Notes under the pieces: generated by a model
The model's input: the letters and a program-made list of their open reading frames with translations, nothing else
Database searches by the model: none
Told to the model about the DNA's origin: nothing
Origin: Paraspadella gotoi
Taxonomy: Eukaryota; Animalia; Chaetognatha
Direction: 5' to 3'
DNA length: 64,000 nt
Assembly (NCBI GenBank): GCA_051294375.1
Contig: CM119265.1
Span: 13,136,124 to 13,200,123 of the forward strand
Translations under genes and position numbers: made by a program
Part shown: in pieces, positions 42,698 to 55,673 of the stretch
Layout of the letters: the number at the start of each line of letters is the position of its first letter
How positions within the stretch are numbered: position 1 is the stretch's first letter

Positions 42698-45179
42698 TCA
42701 ATGCAGTCTCGACTTGATCGGGTTGGCGCGTTCGCCGCTGGTGAAGTAAATCCAGTAGACGATGTTGAAGACGAGGAAGACGAGAGGGAATATGAAGCGG
42801 GAAATTTCGTCGCAGCGACGGGCGCGGGTCGCGGGGTCGCCGGAGCTCGAAGGGTTGTCCTGGGAAACGGGAGAGAGAAAACGTTTTAAGATTTTATTCA
42901 AGCTTTTCGTTTGTATTTTAATTTTATATACTACGGCAACAGCCGGGTTGCCTGTGATGCCCATTGGGATGGGGCATCTCGCTGTGTGCTTTTAGGGGCT
43001 TTACGACCCAACGGTATTTTGCGAATGTCGACGTGAGGCGGTGTGAGTATACCGCCACAATACTTCAATTTTAGTCTATCGACGAATTCAATATTTTTAT
43101 GGTTTGATGAGAACTGATTAAATTAATTGAATTCTTCATAAATTAACGAATTTTTAAAGCCATAAAACGACGGAATCCCACCTCCGATTCTTTGTTCTTT
43201 CTCCTCCAGGGCAGAGTTTTAATTCCGGTGTAAGAGATGAGGATCGAATGAGCGATCGCGTACTCCACCAGCGCCACAGACACCAATAACTGCAAATTAA
43301 TTTATACTCAATTTAATTTTTCACAATAGCTCAAGTGAGGGGATAAAAGAACTGGCAATTGGCCAGAGAGGGCCTTTACTCATCGGCCTTCCTGTATTTC
43401 CCTATGCCCTCAAACGTACTATGACTAGAACCAGTGATATTTGAATAGTAAATATACATATAATATATATATATATATGTGTTTAATATTTCCTCACCAA
43501 ACAAGTGATCATCCAAATATCGACGGCTTTCACGTACGAGACCCTCGGCAGGGAATTTCTCACCCCGGCCGACTGCGTGATCGTCGTTAAAATCGTCAAA
43601 AAACCTGAAAATATCCGTCGAGTCAAAAAAACAAACTTCGATCGATTCATATATATATCCGCCGCAATAAGGGAGTGGTCTCTTCATACAATTGAAACAT
43701 TCTTTGAAACATTATACCACTTCATTGATAGGGAAGCCAGATACTCTGGATGTGAATAAACAATCTGTGAGAAAGTCTTGATCGAAAGTCAGGGGCAAGA
43801 TAGCTTATTTATTAAATGAATGGATAATTTTTATATTGGTTGTACCAATTTCATAAAATGGACCGACCGATGCAAATTCTCGCGGGAACGGCTTTGAGGT
43901 CGATCCAAAACGCGATCCACGACAGGACGACGACGACGAACGAAGGAGCGTAGACCGAGAAGAAGTAGTAACCGAATCTCCGAGTGAAATGAAAAGTCAC
44001 GCGAAGGAAAGGATAATTTCCGACGGTGTAGTTGTATTGACCCCTGAAGGTGAATGGTAAGGGAACAAACGTTGTTTAATATCATGTTAGAGTGGACGAA
44101 TCAAGTAATCAATCAATTATTATACTAAAAAAAATTAATCAATCAAAATAAGCAATTTTTCAATTAAACATTCATTCAATAAATCAATCAATCATTCAAT
44201 CGTTAATCCATAAAAAAAATCACTTTGTGTAAGTCGTCTTGTCCAGGTCAAACTCAGGCACCAAATCGTAGTCCCCGATGTCTTCGTTGATCTCGACAGG
44301 ATGCTCTTGGATCCAAAATAGTTGCAAGTCAGTTTCGTCGTAGGCGACTGCGTCAAATTACAAAGATATTTGCAAATACAATAAACCATTGACCAAAGTT
44401 TAAATTCGTTCGCGAAAAATTTTAATTAAAGAATTTAATTTGAAAAATATCATGTTTGCTTCTTACACGATTCCAATTCCATGGGACAAGCTTGATCGTC
44501 GAGCGGGAAATCGTGGAGATACATCGGACAACTCAGGGTTATGGAGATTCTGTGGCAAACAGCAATCGTGCCAGACTATTGTACAATTGGCGAAATTTGA
44601 TTGATTTCGTTTGACAAAACTCGCCTCATACTGCTGGTTACGTTGCCATCCGGTTTGATCTTCAACATGTGATTTTCTTTGGTGAGTTTGTGAAATGAAC
44701 CCGACTTTTCGTTAACGAAGAACGGATCCGGTGACCAAAACTGAAATTCCAATTACATTCGGGATATAAAAATTGTTGATTCAAAGGCAAAAGGTTTTAT
44801 TTTCGCCTACCACCTCTTTATACAGATTCCCGTCGACGTTCAAAACATCGCGTCCATATTTGGAGCCGTAGGCCAACCTCGGGTCGTTCCAGTACAAGCG
44901 TAGATACATCTTTACCTTAAATTCCTGCAGCGGGAGAAATTATTGAAAGTTAGTAAAAAGAATGAAACGTATATAATTTGGTTTACTCACCATGTTTATT
45001 TCATTGATGGAATCCAAACTATTAATGTACATTTGAACGGAAACATTTACTGGTTCACCTAGAATGAAAATGTTGTTAAGAAGAAATAGTTTGAACTGGT
45101 GAGGAGAGATCAGGACTCACCAGATTCAAAATTGGGTCGAGTGTCCTTGTCATAATCTTGAATAAGGTCTTTGATGACT
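42698..45179 (-). CDS. Pentameric Cys-loop ligand-gated ion channel subunit, anion-selective (GABA-A/glycine-receptor-like); 5' exon(s) not resolved
   Basis: Exons give [27 protein letters not shown], the Cys-loop [16 protein letters not shown]1 [18 protein letters not shown], the PAR motif before M2, [14 protein letters not shown]3 LVEYA and M4 [20 protein letters not shown]. Confidence 0.93.
42935..43059 (-). repeat. Multi-hairpin dispersed repeat, short copy, in the last intron of the channel gene
   Basis: Reverse-complement match to both ends of 39,451-39,702. Confidence 0.75.
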
Positions 45180-45416
45180 CTAAAAATGTAAATAGAATAC
45201 TTATTGTAATATAATTATTTTAATTTTAAAAAAAATAATTCGTAATGATTCTGTATTTTTAAGTAAAAGAACCAAATATGATATAATATTTTGATATCAT
45301 ATTTCGTTTAATAGGGCTTCATTCTAATCTAAAATTCACTCGCATGCATACAATATAATCCGCGCGATTAAAAAAAAATACTTTCAATGTTAAGAAACTA
45401 CGCAATTATATAATAT

Positions 45417-47602
45417 ATATGACACGATGAAAAATAATGTGGCGAAACGGTCTCGTGCTGATTTTGTCCCTTTAAAATCGTTTCTGAGCCAAATTAATTG
45501 ATCACTACTTTTGGTAATATGTGCGATATACACTACAGGACATATCTGTATCTGACCATAACCCTTGACCATCAACAAAAAAGCTAACTAGATCAAAAAT
45601 AGTAAAAAAGATGAAGCAATATAGCTCGAAACGCTTACAAAATTTTAGACCATTGCTTTTATAAATGCAAAAAAAATATTAATATTATTAAAACAAAACT
45701 TTAACGACAACCTAATAGTTAACCGAGACCAAGATGAATATTTTTTACCCATCATTTCTTCAATTTATATGAATCATTTGTTTGTAATTGGTCAATTAAT
45801 CTAAATAACAATATGACAAATTCATTTTCAATTTTCTTTATGAATGGAAGTTTTCTCTGCTTACTCCCCTTGTGTCTAATTATCTAATATTTTAAAGGTA
45901 TTTTCAAAAACCTTATATAATTACTATATTTTTCACTTTTTTTTAATTCTTTCAAACAAAAACAACATCATAAAAACATTTTAAATTAATAAAAAAAAAT
46001 TGATTGAATGATTTTGGAAAAAAATTCTAAAAATTCTTAAAAAAAATCAGCCTCTAGCCTTTAGATTTTTCTAGAGGCTGATTTTTTTATTTTTTTGATA
46101 TTTTAATTTTCTATGCAAAACCATTATTCTCAATGAGCATAGGTTGGATGAAATTTTTTTCCCAACAATTTGAAAAAATTTCAACTTGTCTAATTAGGCT
46201 TTTTTGGGGGAAATAAATAAATAAATTATTATACGATGGGTACATCTGAAAGTGATATGTCTCTAAATGACAAAAAAATTTTCTTCAAGTTTTATTTTGA
46301 AATTTAAGTATTGTACCAACAGAAATAAGTGAGATACTCCCGCTTTGCCGAAATTTTTATTTAACAAAGATTTGTACTGCGTAATTTAAAAAACATTATT
46401 TTTTTAAATAACTTTTGAAAGAAAAGAGGTAGCAAGGTGGATGTGGTATCAAATTAAAGCCCTAATCATGGACACCTTTCTAAAAGAGTTTTATTAAATT
46501 AAATCCATAAATCTTTACACAGCTTTTGTTTAAATCAGAGTTAAAAGTATAACAGTTGTTTGCTTTAAAAATTTTAATGAAGACATATGAAATTTTTTCT
46601 TTTCTTTTGTAATTTGAAAAAGGAAAGACTGAATTACATTTTGTTTATTATTAAATTTTTTTATTCCATAAAATTGCTTATATTTTTCAGTTAAAGTAAA
46701 AAACAAGCAAAAATTTATGTTGTAGCTTGATAAAATATATTTTAAAATATTAAAAATGATAAATACAAAAATGTTTTCAGCTTGATATAAACAGTCTGGA
46801 CATCTACCTTCTTGTCTGTGAAAAAAAAATCGTCATTTTTCATTATCTTTAACTGCAAACTAAAAGCTTGACACACTGCTTGTTTATCATATTAAAGTTG
46901 TAAAAAATTGTATAGCTGACAAAGCAAAACATCATTGTGTTAATTTGTATTGATAATTTTTTTTAAATATAGCAAGGAATTTAATTTTATTATTTATCAT
47001 CCATTTTAATTAAGAAAAAATATTTCTCGTAATAGCCCATTGGAAAGGGTTCATTGACTGACTTAATGATAAAATTTTTTAGATTTCTTTACTGCCCCCA
47101 TTTCACAAGATATTAAAAGTCATGGTTATCATGTCAAAAAGTCCAGATTATCTGTACCCTTTCTGCAACCTGCATTCCAAATTTTCTTTTTTTCCCTTTC
47201 AAATGTATTAAATAAAAAAAATTATTTGAGAGAACAATCGGCGTGGAGGATGCTATTGGTAAGCCTTAGTTACCCCACTTCCCGATCGAATTTTTAAATG
47301 AGGTTTTTTTTCCATCTATTTGAGACATAACACTAACTATTAGTACTATTATTTTTTTAAATTTTTTTCTATTACAATTCTATGAATAAATATGAATAAG
47401 TAACTTTTTAAAAAAATTTATCATCTTTCACCCTATATTCAGTCATATCAAAAAAACAAAAAAGATTTTGCATTGATATTTTGGATATCAGCATATGAAA
47501 CTATAACGTTTTAAAAAATAAAAAGAAATATAATAATATTGAACAGTGAATTTTTTTTATGCACGGAACAGTAACGTTACGCCATTTTTCATTGTGTCAT
47601 AT
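45417..47602. mobile_element. Candidate non-autonomous TIR DNA transposon (~2.2 kb, very AT-rich)
   Basis: ATATGACACGATGAAAAAT (45,417-45,435) versus ATTTTTCATTGTGTCATAT (47,584-47,602) is an 18/19 inverted match with weaker similarity further in. TA flanks TGACAC...GTGTCA. There is an internal 18-bp-stem hairpin at ~46,040-46,088 and no long ORF. Confidence 0.45.
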
Positions 47603-50326
47603 TCAACAAAATCGAAAAAGAAAGAGCTTGCAGGTGAGTTAGATAAAGTAAATTAAGATGCTACTGTAATTTGTGGAACTGTCAAACAATTTTCATTTGG
47701 TAACGCACTTCTTCCCACATTATTGGTTGGGCGTGATTCTAAAATGTTATATATTTTCTGTCATTATTATTAGTGCCCACAACGAGTTGGACTCGGCTAA
47801 ATTAATATAAAAGAAATTACATTCTCGTTCCGAAACATAGTTAGCGGAAAAGTTAATTGGACTGTGTGTCAAAGGTAAAAATGAAAATAAAATAGACTGA
47901 ACCTAAACGAAAAGTGAGTTTTTGATACCAAATATGACTCACCCTTTATTTTTTCCACTGAAAATACATATTATAAACGTTTGGCAACGAAAGGAATTGA
48001 TGTAGTATACAAAAAGAATGACAAATAATTAATTACCCTTTTCTATCATCTATCGAACTTTTATTGACAATTGTATTTTTTTATGACGCTTTACGTATGA
48101 GATTAGAAAGTTATAATTCACCCAAAAGCATCAGGGATTCAACATATATCGCGGTAAAAAAAATCTAAAAAAGTCCTACCTATTGCATGAAGCCGTTTCC
48201 CAGGTAGCCAAGGTATGCAACAGAAGCAAATAAATCGATAATGTGTTTTGCAACATTTTTTTTTGTTAAAAAAAAAAGGTAAAAAGAAACGCTTCTTGTA
48301 TTCCTATCGACTTTGGTTTCGACAATAATGCAAGTTTTCGTTTTTAAAGGTTTCGTGTCGAACGCGCTCGATCGACGCAGCGAAAGATGAGCGTCAAAAA
48401 TCATCAAGTTCACTACAGATGCTTCGTTTATTTTTTATGCTTGTTTCGATTTAGTTAGAAATACATTCTTAATTCCGTCAGTATTTGTATTGACTGTTGT
48501 TACGAAAATTGTTATTTTCCCCCCGTGTCCTTGCAGAATTGCTTAACCTGTGCAACTTTCATCACAAAACTACGTTTATCAGTACAATAATCACGAGCTC
48601 CTAAAGATAATTTTTTCATCACTGTGAAGTCGGGTTGGAGGGGTGATGCGTCCATAAAGAGGCGATTAAACTCTGGCTCTAGGCCATAGGGCCGGAAGGC
48701 ATTATTTTTTAGCGTCCGAAACAAACATATGATTGTTATAATCGATAACAGATTTACTCCTTCCGACTTTTTCGCGATGCAACTGAAAAGATGCAAAGGT
48801 AGAGCTCAAAAAAAAAAAAAAGAAAAAAAAGAATTTGATGAGAAATGAATATCGCGGGTCAGTGTCCCTTCACCGGGACAGCCGATCGGCATTAAATTTG
48901 TACCTTGAATTATTTGACGTACAGGTTTAATGTATTTTTTAAAGCTTATCGTAAATTGCTGGTTGGGTTTACTTATCTCAAGGTTCATTACTAAAATTTT
49001 TCTGTCTTTTTTATCTTTCTCTCAAACATTAACCCTCTCAGCCTTTCATCGTCTCTCTATAATAAACTCTTTTTAGCATTAACTCTGACATCTCGGCCTT
49101 GCGCTCTTTTAACGAAGATCCGCAAAGGCACAAGACTGAATGCTCGGCCGAGATGAAAAATCTTGAAAGAACTTCAAATCGATTAAAGGTTTAAATGCTA
49201 CAAAAACAAATAAATTTAAAAAAAATACTCGAATGAAAAATAATAAAAATAATTGTATTTCGCTGTGAAATCTTCACTCGTCATTCACTTAGTTCGTTAC
49301 TTCACCTTCGGGAAAATCCTCGGCAAAACCGTGATTTTTTTTCTTTTCTTATCTCCGGTTATCATCGAGATCAACACATTCCAGACATCATCCACCGGCT
49401 CCGCGAAATTCGACTTTAGCGAATCGAATTACAGTCTCGAGTCAAAATACATATATATCGAAGTGTACGATCTCTTTCATACGCCCTAATAAGCTCCATG
49501 TGTTTTCTCTTGTTCACTTTTTTTCTCTCAAAATTAAAAACAAATATTTTTTTTTTATTTAAAATTTGATTTGCGATTTCGCGTTTGGTTCACGAGGCAG
49601 CGCGGGTTTTCCTCCCGAACATAAATAAGACATAAATCTTCGCTTTTCTCGTCTATCGAACGAACGATCGTTGGTCCGCGTAAAAGTCGGTTCGCCACGG
49701 TCACGAAGCTAGGAGGTCGTGACAGGACGTGATCGTTAGTTTGGTGAAGTTTGTGTATTGTAAGAAAGTCAGAAACTAAACTTTACCTATATACTTTGAT
49801 TGGAAAACTAACAAAAGAAAAACTTCGACGTATTCTCCATTCGATCAACCACATCATCTTCACTCATCGCTCATCAGACAGTCGATTTTGTAAATTTTAT
49901 CAAAACAGAAACTCAGATAGTTTTTTTCATCACCTTCTCTCGCATCATGTGAACTCAACGCGCAAAGAATCACGACCGACCCGACCCCACGCCATTCCTC
50001 TCGTAGATATAGCGTCGAGTCCAGAACTAAACTCGAGAGACCTTCGCCCCAACTACCGTCGCGCAGACGCTCGAAACATGTCGGCTTTCATCAAAAAGAT
50101 TTTTTTTTACCGATCACGAGACTTGCAAGTTTAATTCGATCGAAAACTCGGAAGGTTTTCTGTACCTTTTTTAATTAAAATGTTTTTTAAAACAAAAAAA
50201 ACCTCGGTTCGAAATTTTTTTTTTTTTTTGGTAACGAAAATAAAAATATTCTAGTCAAGCCAAGTAATTTTATTTACTGTTAAAGGTTGATTAATATGCT
50301 CGGGTTTTTAAAATCGGTGATTAAAA

Positions 50327-52002
50327 TCAGCAGTCGTAACTCCTTCTATATTGGTCCAGAGGCGTGCCCTTGTAGTTCGTCTCCGCTGGCAACACGTCAG
50401 TCGCGATGACGGAAAGGACTTCCTCTCGCGTGCACGGCGCGTGCGAGAGCGTGGAAGTGCGCGCGTAAGTCGGCGTCGAGTAGCACCAATGCTCCGTTTT
50501 AATGAGCGTATAAATGATCTTGTCCACCTCCTCGTCCCAAAAGTCCACCATGACTCTTAATTAAAAAAAAACATAATTCATTTAATTCTTAATTAATTTT
50601 TTTGGGATTTATTTTAGTAGTTTGCAGTTATAAATTAAAACCCAACTGCGTATATATTTGAACAATGGATGTGTGCATGAATTTTTAAAAAAACCACTAT
50701 TACTTGATCGATCCTTTCGTAAGTTGCGGCACCATCGGCATCTTGGATCGGCCGAACCAGGTCTTCAAGCCGGCCTCGGATTTGATGGAACCGTCGCGGA
50801 TGCAGTGGAGAGGGAAGGAATCGAAGGTTTGAGTGAAGAAGAATTCCTCGGAGAAAGCCAGAGGGCGCAGGATGGAGAAATAATCGTTGATTTTATGACC
50901 TTAAAATCAAAGAAATAATCCGAATTTAATTAATCATTCGTTTAAATAAATGAAAAAGAAAAGAAAAGAAATTAAACAAAAAAGTTATTTTTAATTATCG
51001 ATCGCTAACTAATGTGAAAAAAAATATAGAGTAATGAAGAGACAGAAGTAATTGTTATGAGTTAGTGACAGACTGAGCTTCGGATCAGGCTGTAACACCC
51101 TGTCATAGGCGGGTTAAGAGTGCAGTCCCTCTTAACTGCTAGTCGGCCTCCGGGATTGAACCCATGGTCTGTGGGTTGGGAGGCGAATGACTTGCCTCCA
51201 GCACCAATTGTCGCTGGGGGCTTTTTATTTCACAATAATAACAATAAAGATCCGTCTCTTCTTCCAATCTTAACGAAAATAAATTTCATTAACCAGTTGT
51301 TAACCCAAAGTTATCTTCCTACGAAATATTGAATGAAGTATTTGTACCCGATGACTCCATGTTCTTTCTAATATCCATCAGTTCGACGTTGTAGTTGGCC
51401 AACTGAACCGTTCGTCTTTCCTTCAAGATTCGATTGTAAAATCCCTGAGAAATTGCGTCAACCAGTAAAATGAAGAAAAAAAAAGGAAACAAAAAAATTG
51501 AGTGAACGAAGAAAAAGGAACGAAAAAAGAAAACCGATGCTATAAATGTAGCTAGTACCTGCATCAATCCGTAGATAGAATGAAGGTAGAGTCTGACGTC
51601 GGTCACGTGTTCAACTGTTTCCATGCGCCGCGCTTCCTGGTTATGAAGCGCCCAATAGTTTTGGATCTTTTTCGGCGGACCGGAAAGAAAAAAAAAATCG
51701 GTAGTCGACTAGAAATAGATAAATATAGACGGCGTTACCTTGGTAACCCTGATGATGAAGTCTTTGTCGATGGTTGGTATTTTATCGACTGGTTTTCCCA
51801 TGAATGACGTCATGGAGTGAAGATCGTCCAAAACTCCTTTGTTGAGGCTTTTCTGAGCGGCCAGAAGCTGTTCCGCCTTGTCCTGATTATCAACATTTAA
51901 AAAAAATTATAAACAATCTATAAAATATAAACAAATAAACAAATTAAACTATCCGAGTAATTGATGTGTTTTTTTTCTTTGGGCTTGCACAATTTCACTC
52001 TG

Positions 52003-52093
<91 letters not shown>

Positions 52094-54388
52094 TCTCAAA
52101 AATATAAACCATGGCGTCGGCGATGTCGTCGAGCGCCGTCTTCGTCTCTCTCTCCGCGGCGTCGATCTTGATCCTCATCTGCCTCGCGCCTTCGATCGTA
52201 GTCACGATGTTCGCCACGCAGAGCGCCATGTTGGCGAAGTTGGTGATCTGCGCCAACGCGCTGAACCCGTAGTAGCTGAGAGAATGATCAGTAGATTAAG
52301 TTCCTTTTTCAAATGAGGATAGTAATTAATCAAATGGAAGATAAAATGAAATCTAATGAACAACCAATCGATCAATCAACTTAGAAATAAATTAAATGGC
52401 CAATCAATAAATCGAAAGAACACTCACTTGATAAATAAATAAATAAAAACAATAAACAAATAAAAAAACTTTATCAATCAATAATTCAAGCAAGCGAACG
52501 TTCTTTCAATCCAACCACCAATCAACGAATAAATTAACCGACAAATAAATCAACCAATCAATCGATCAACCAATCACCCGATCTTGTTCCAAGTGACCCC
52601 GTTATTCTCGAATCTTTGCGCCGAAAGATCCAACGATTTTTTGATATCGGTGAAAAACTGCTCGAAGTTTTTGAAGGCCTCGGCAAGTTTCTTGATGACC
52701 TTGACTCCGATCCCGTGGGGGTTGGAGGGAATCTCGGCCACCTCGAGATCCTTGAGGACGTCAAAAGGATTTCGATCCTCGGTGGATTTGATGAACCGAT
52801 CGAAATCGTCGTCATTCATCGTCTTCGTGACGTCGACGAGCCGTTGGAGCGTCCCCGTCAACTCCATCTTGTGGAGGAATTCGTCGGAGGCGCCTGGGAG
52901 GAGGGACAACACAACATTCAGAGGCTACAGCTATTGACTGCACTTTCTGATCAATTCCGCCGTACGTTAGTTTCCCTTCTACCTTCCTTGACCCGAACGA
53001 GATTGGCCTCTTGGAGGCAAAGGTCTTCCGTCTTTTGTTTGACTTTCTCGTCAGCGAATAGACTGAGGAATCCCGCCATCCCGTGGGTTTGCGCCTAAAA
53101 AAACATATTGCGTAAAAAGAAACTATATTACTCTATTTAAAAAGTGTTACATTGACATTAAACAACCTCCTTCAACACGGTATCGGCGGCGCCTTTGGTC
53201 AAATTGGCGAAGAATTCTTTCTTCGTCCCGAATTGATATCCGAAAGTGACGTCGGTGTCTTCGCTCCTCAACAGCACCATCATGTCGGATTCCTTGTCCG
53301 CCACGTCGGGTCCAAGACCGCGCATTCCGTGTAGCAGGTCGGGCACGCATTGCGGTGCCATAGCAACGCCCAGCGCCGCGCCGAACGCCAGCTTGTTTTT
53401 GACAAAGTCGGCGATTTTTGCGTGGCGGAGATAGCGGGCGACCTTGTTGAGGTAGGCAGACGGCTTCATGCTGACGCGGAACTTGTAGTGACCCAAGTCT
53501 TCGGAGGCCTCGTCGGTCATCTCACCATGGGCCACTGGGATCACGTGTCTGGAGGAAGTTTAAATAAAAATATGTTCCAGCGAATGAAAATGTAACAAGA
53601 AAGTTATGCACGTAAGTGATATCCGCATCAACTCACTCGTCGTAGTTCATGACATCCAAGAGATCCATGATGGCGGCGTTGACAGTGATGATTCCATCGA
53701 TCTCTTCCGCGATCATCCGCATCTCCAGTCCCGAGTGGACGTTGGTCGCGTTCCACCGCAACAGCTCGTCGTTGCGGGAGATTGCCTCCAACGCGGCCGT
53801 CTTCAGTGCGTCGACCGATTTGCGTAGTTCTTCGAGTCTGGAGGATGAGAGGTTGGAAGGTTGCTGCTAAAGATTGTCTTTGCTGTAATTCAAGTAGTAT
53901 CAGAATCGGCGCTCAAAATTGGTCATTCGGAAAATGAAGTTCCAAAAATTAATTGTTATTACAAATAAAGTGATTGATGAAAATCGATTTTAATTCCCTC
54001 GTACGCACCTCGCGCAGGTTCCGGCTTTAAGACCCCCGCAGGTTTCTTCCGCCTCGACTGAGATGGAGATGCAGGTTCCCTTGAGGACGACTTCCATGAA
54101 CTGGACCATCTTAACGAGACCCCGACCGATGACCTTCCAGGCGCCGAAGGTCGTAGCCGGATGCGTGACGCCCATCGTCGACGCTAAGAAGCCACGCCCT
54201 TCGAAACGGTGACCCGGGATCAGGTCCGGAATCGTTCTCGTCGGCAATGGGATTGGAACCGCCCCGTCATATGGGGCGAACCCACGCGGTCCCGGGCGAT
54301 TGACATTGACGACCTCGCTTCGTGTCGACGGCACGATCGATGCCAAAAAGAAGGAAAATGAAAAAAATATGAAGAAATAAAAAGTCAT
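50327..54388 (-). CDS. Uncharacterised secreted, largely alpha-helical protein (~11 exons)
   Basis: Signal peptide MTFYFFIFFSFSFFLASIVPSTRS. Successive GC-rich exons with GT-AG ends join in frame (LEELRKSVDALKTAALEA..., GFSALAQITNFANMALCVANIVTTIEG..., FPLHCIRDG...) to ...YRRSYDC*. No family recognised. Confidence 0.8.
51061..51221 (-). mobile_element. tRNA-derived SINE candidate (tRNA-Gly-like head) in an intron
   Basis: Minus strand: A-box-like TGGTGCTGGAGG, anticodon-arm-like TCGCCTCCCA, B box GGTTCAATCCC, then a non-tRNA body with the hairpin GTTAAGAG-8nt-CTCTTAAC. The acceptor stem does not pair, so it is not an intact tRNA. Confidence 0.6.
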
Positions 54389-55673
54389 TTTTTGTTGTTT
54401 TTGATTTCAATAAAACGGAATCACAAACCCGATGCATGTGGAAACCGAAATTAGGTTCAATGAAAAGAATATCATTAGGGGTAAATTTCTTTTTTTATGA
54501 AAACAATTCCATTGATCAATTTGAAATTTGCCCATCTCAATCAGGACTTTTTTTGTTGTACACGAGCGGATCAATCATTTTTTTCAAAACTGCGATTAAA
54601 TGGTATAATCCAGCGTAGATTTTTTATATTTTTTAGATTTTTTCGAATACGAAAACTCAAAATATTTCCCCCGGTTGAAGAAAACATGAGAAAATAGCAA
54701 GTGTGAACGAGGATTATCAGATCAGATTAGTGAAGATGTTAAATTTCTCACGCTTAATGATCAAAATAGGAACAGATAATAGACAGAAAGTGTGCAACTA
54801 CTTACTTATTATTCACATCTTGAAGTTTAATAAGCAAATCTGGTTACAATATAAAGTTTTCATTGAAACAAGATTTCTACATTAAAAAATAGTATTTAGG
54901 TTTTTATAAATGCTTTAAATTTTAATTATTAATCCGTGATACTCTAAAACGACCTATACTATAGTATAGTATATAGTATAGTATAGATTATACTATAATT
55001 TATAGTGCCAGTTAAAAGATGTTTTCGAGTAAGTTTTCGCCCAATTTGGATACTTGCATTTGTTTTTTTCTTCCTTTCCTTTTACTCTTGTGACATCTTT
55101 CGTCGTCAAAAGTCAACTCTCAGTGCTCATGAACCATATGGTATCATCTTTTTATTTCACGGCTGTTTTGCATTGGACGATAGACAATTGTCGTTGCCGA
55201 GTACATCTGTTTTCTATAATAGAAACACTTAACATTAGTGAAACCATAGTTTTGAATTTTGCAAGTATCTTCCGTCATAAAATAAAATAAATATCTTCCA
55301 TTCTTAATCATTAATTCATTCCTATTTTTAGTCAGGTTGGCTTGTTTTTATTCGTACCTTGACCTGTCTTTCATTTGCGTTATCGGTTATGACATTCGTT
55401 TCAAAAAATAATTACGAAATGGGAATTTTAACTTTTACGAACTAACAATGTTCCTATCCATTATCGTTAAATCTAGAGCTTACTTGTTATACTCGTCGTT
55501 TAATTCTGAGAAGTGCTATTTAAAGAGAATCATCATGACTTCCTGCACCTGTTATTCGAAAAGTGCGTTATTTAACACTTCTTTTACAACTTTTTCACTA
55601 ATTGTTAAAACATGTTATTGGATTCTATCGGCTATTTTCAGAAAAAAAGGAAGGTGGTACCGACAGCTACACA

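Noticed and set aside
48512-49480. Possible small minus-strand gene (ORFs 48512-48796 and 48806-48988)
   Set aside because: I could not build a consistent spliced model or recognise any motif. Unresolved without RNA data.
51143-51215. Functional tRNA-Gly gene
   Set aside because: The acceptor and anticodon stems do not pair properly, so it was treated as a SINE head.
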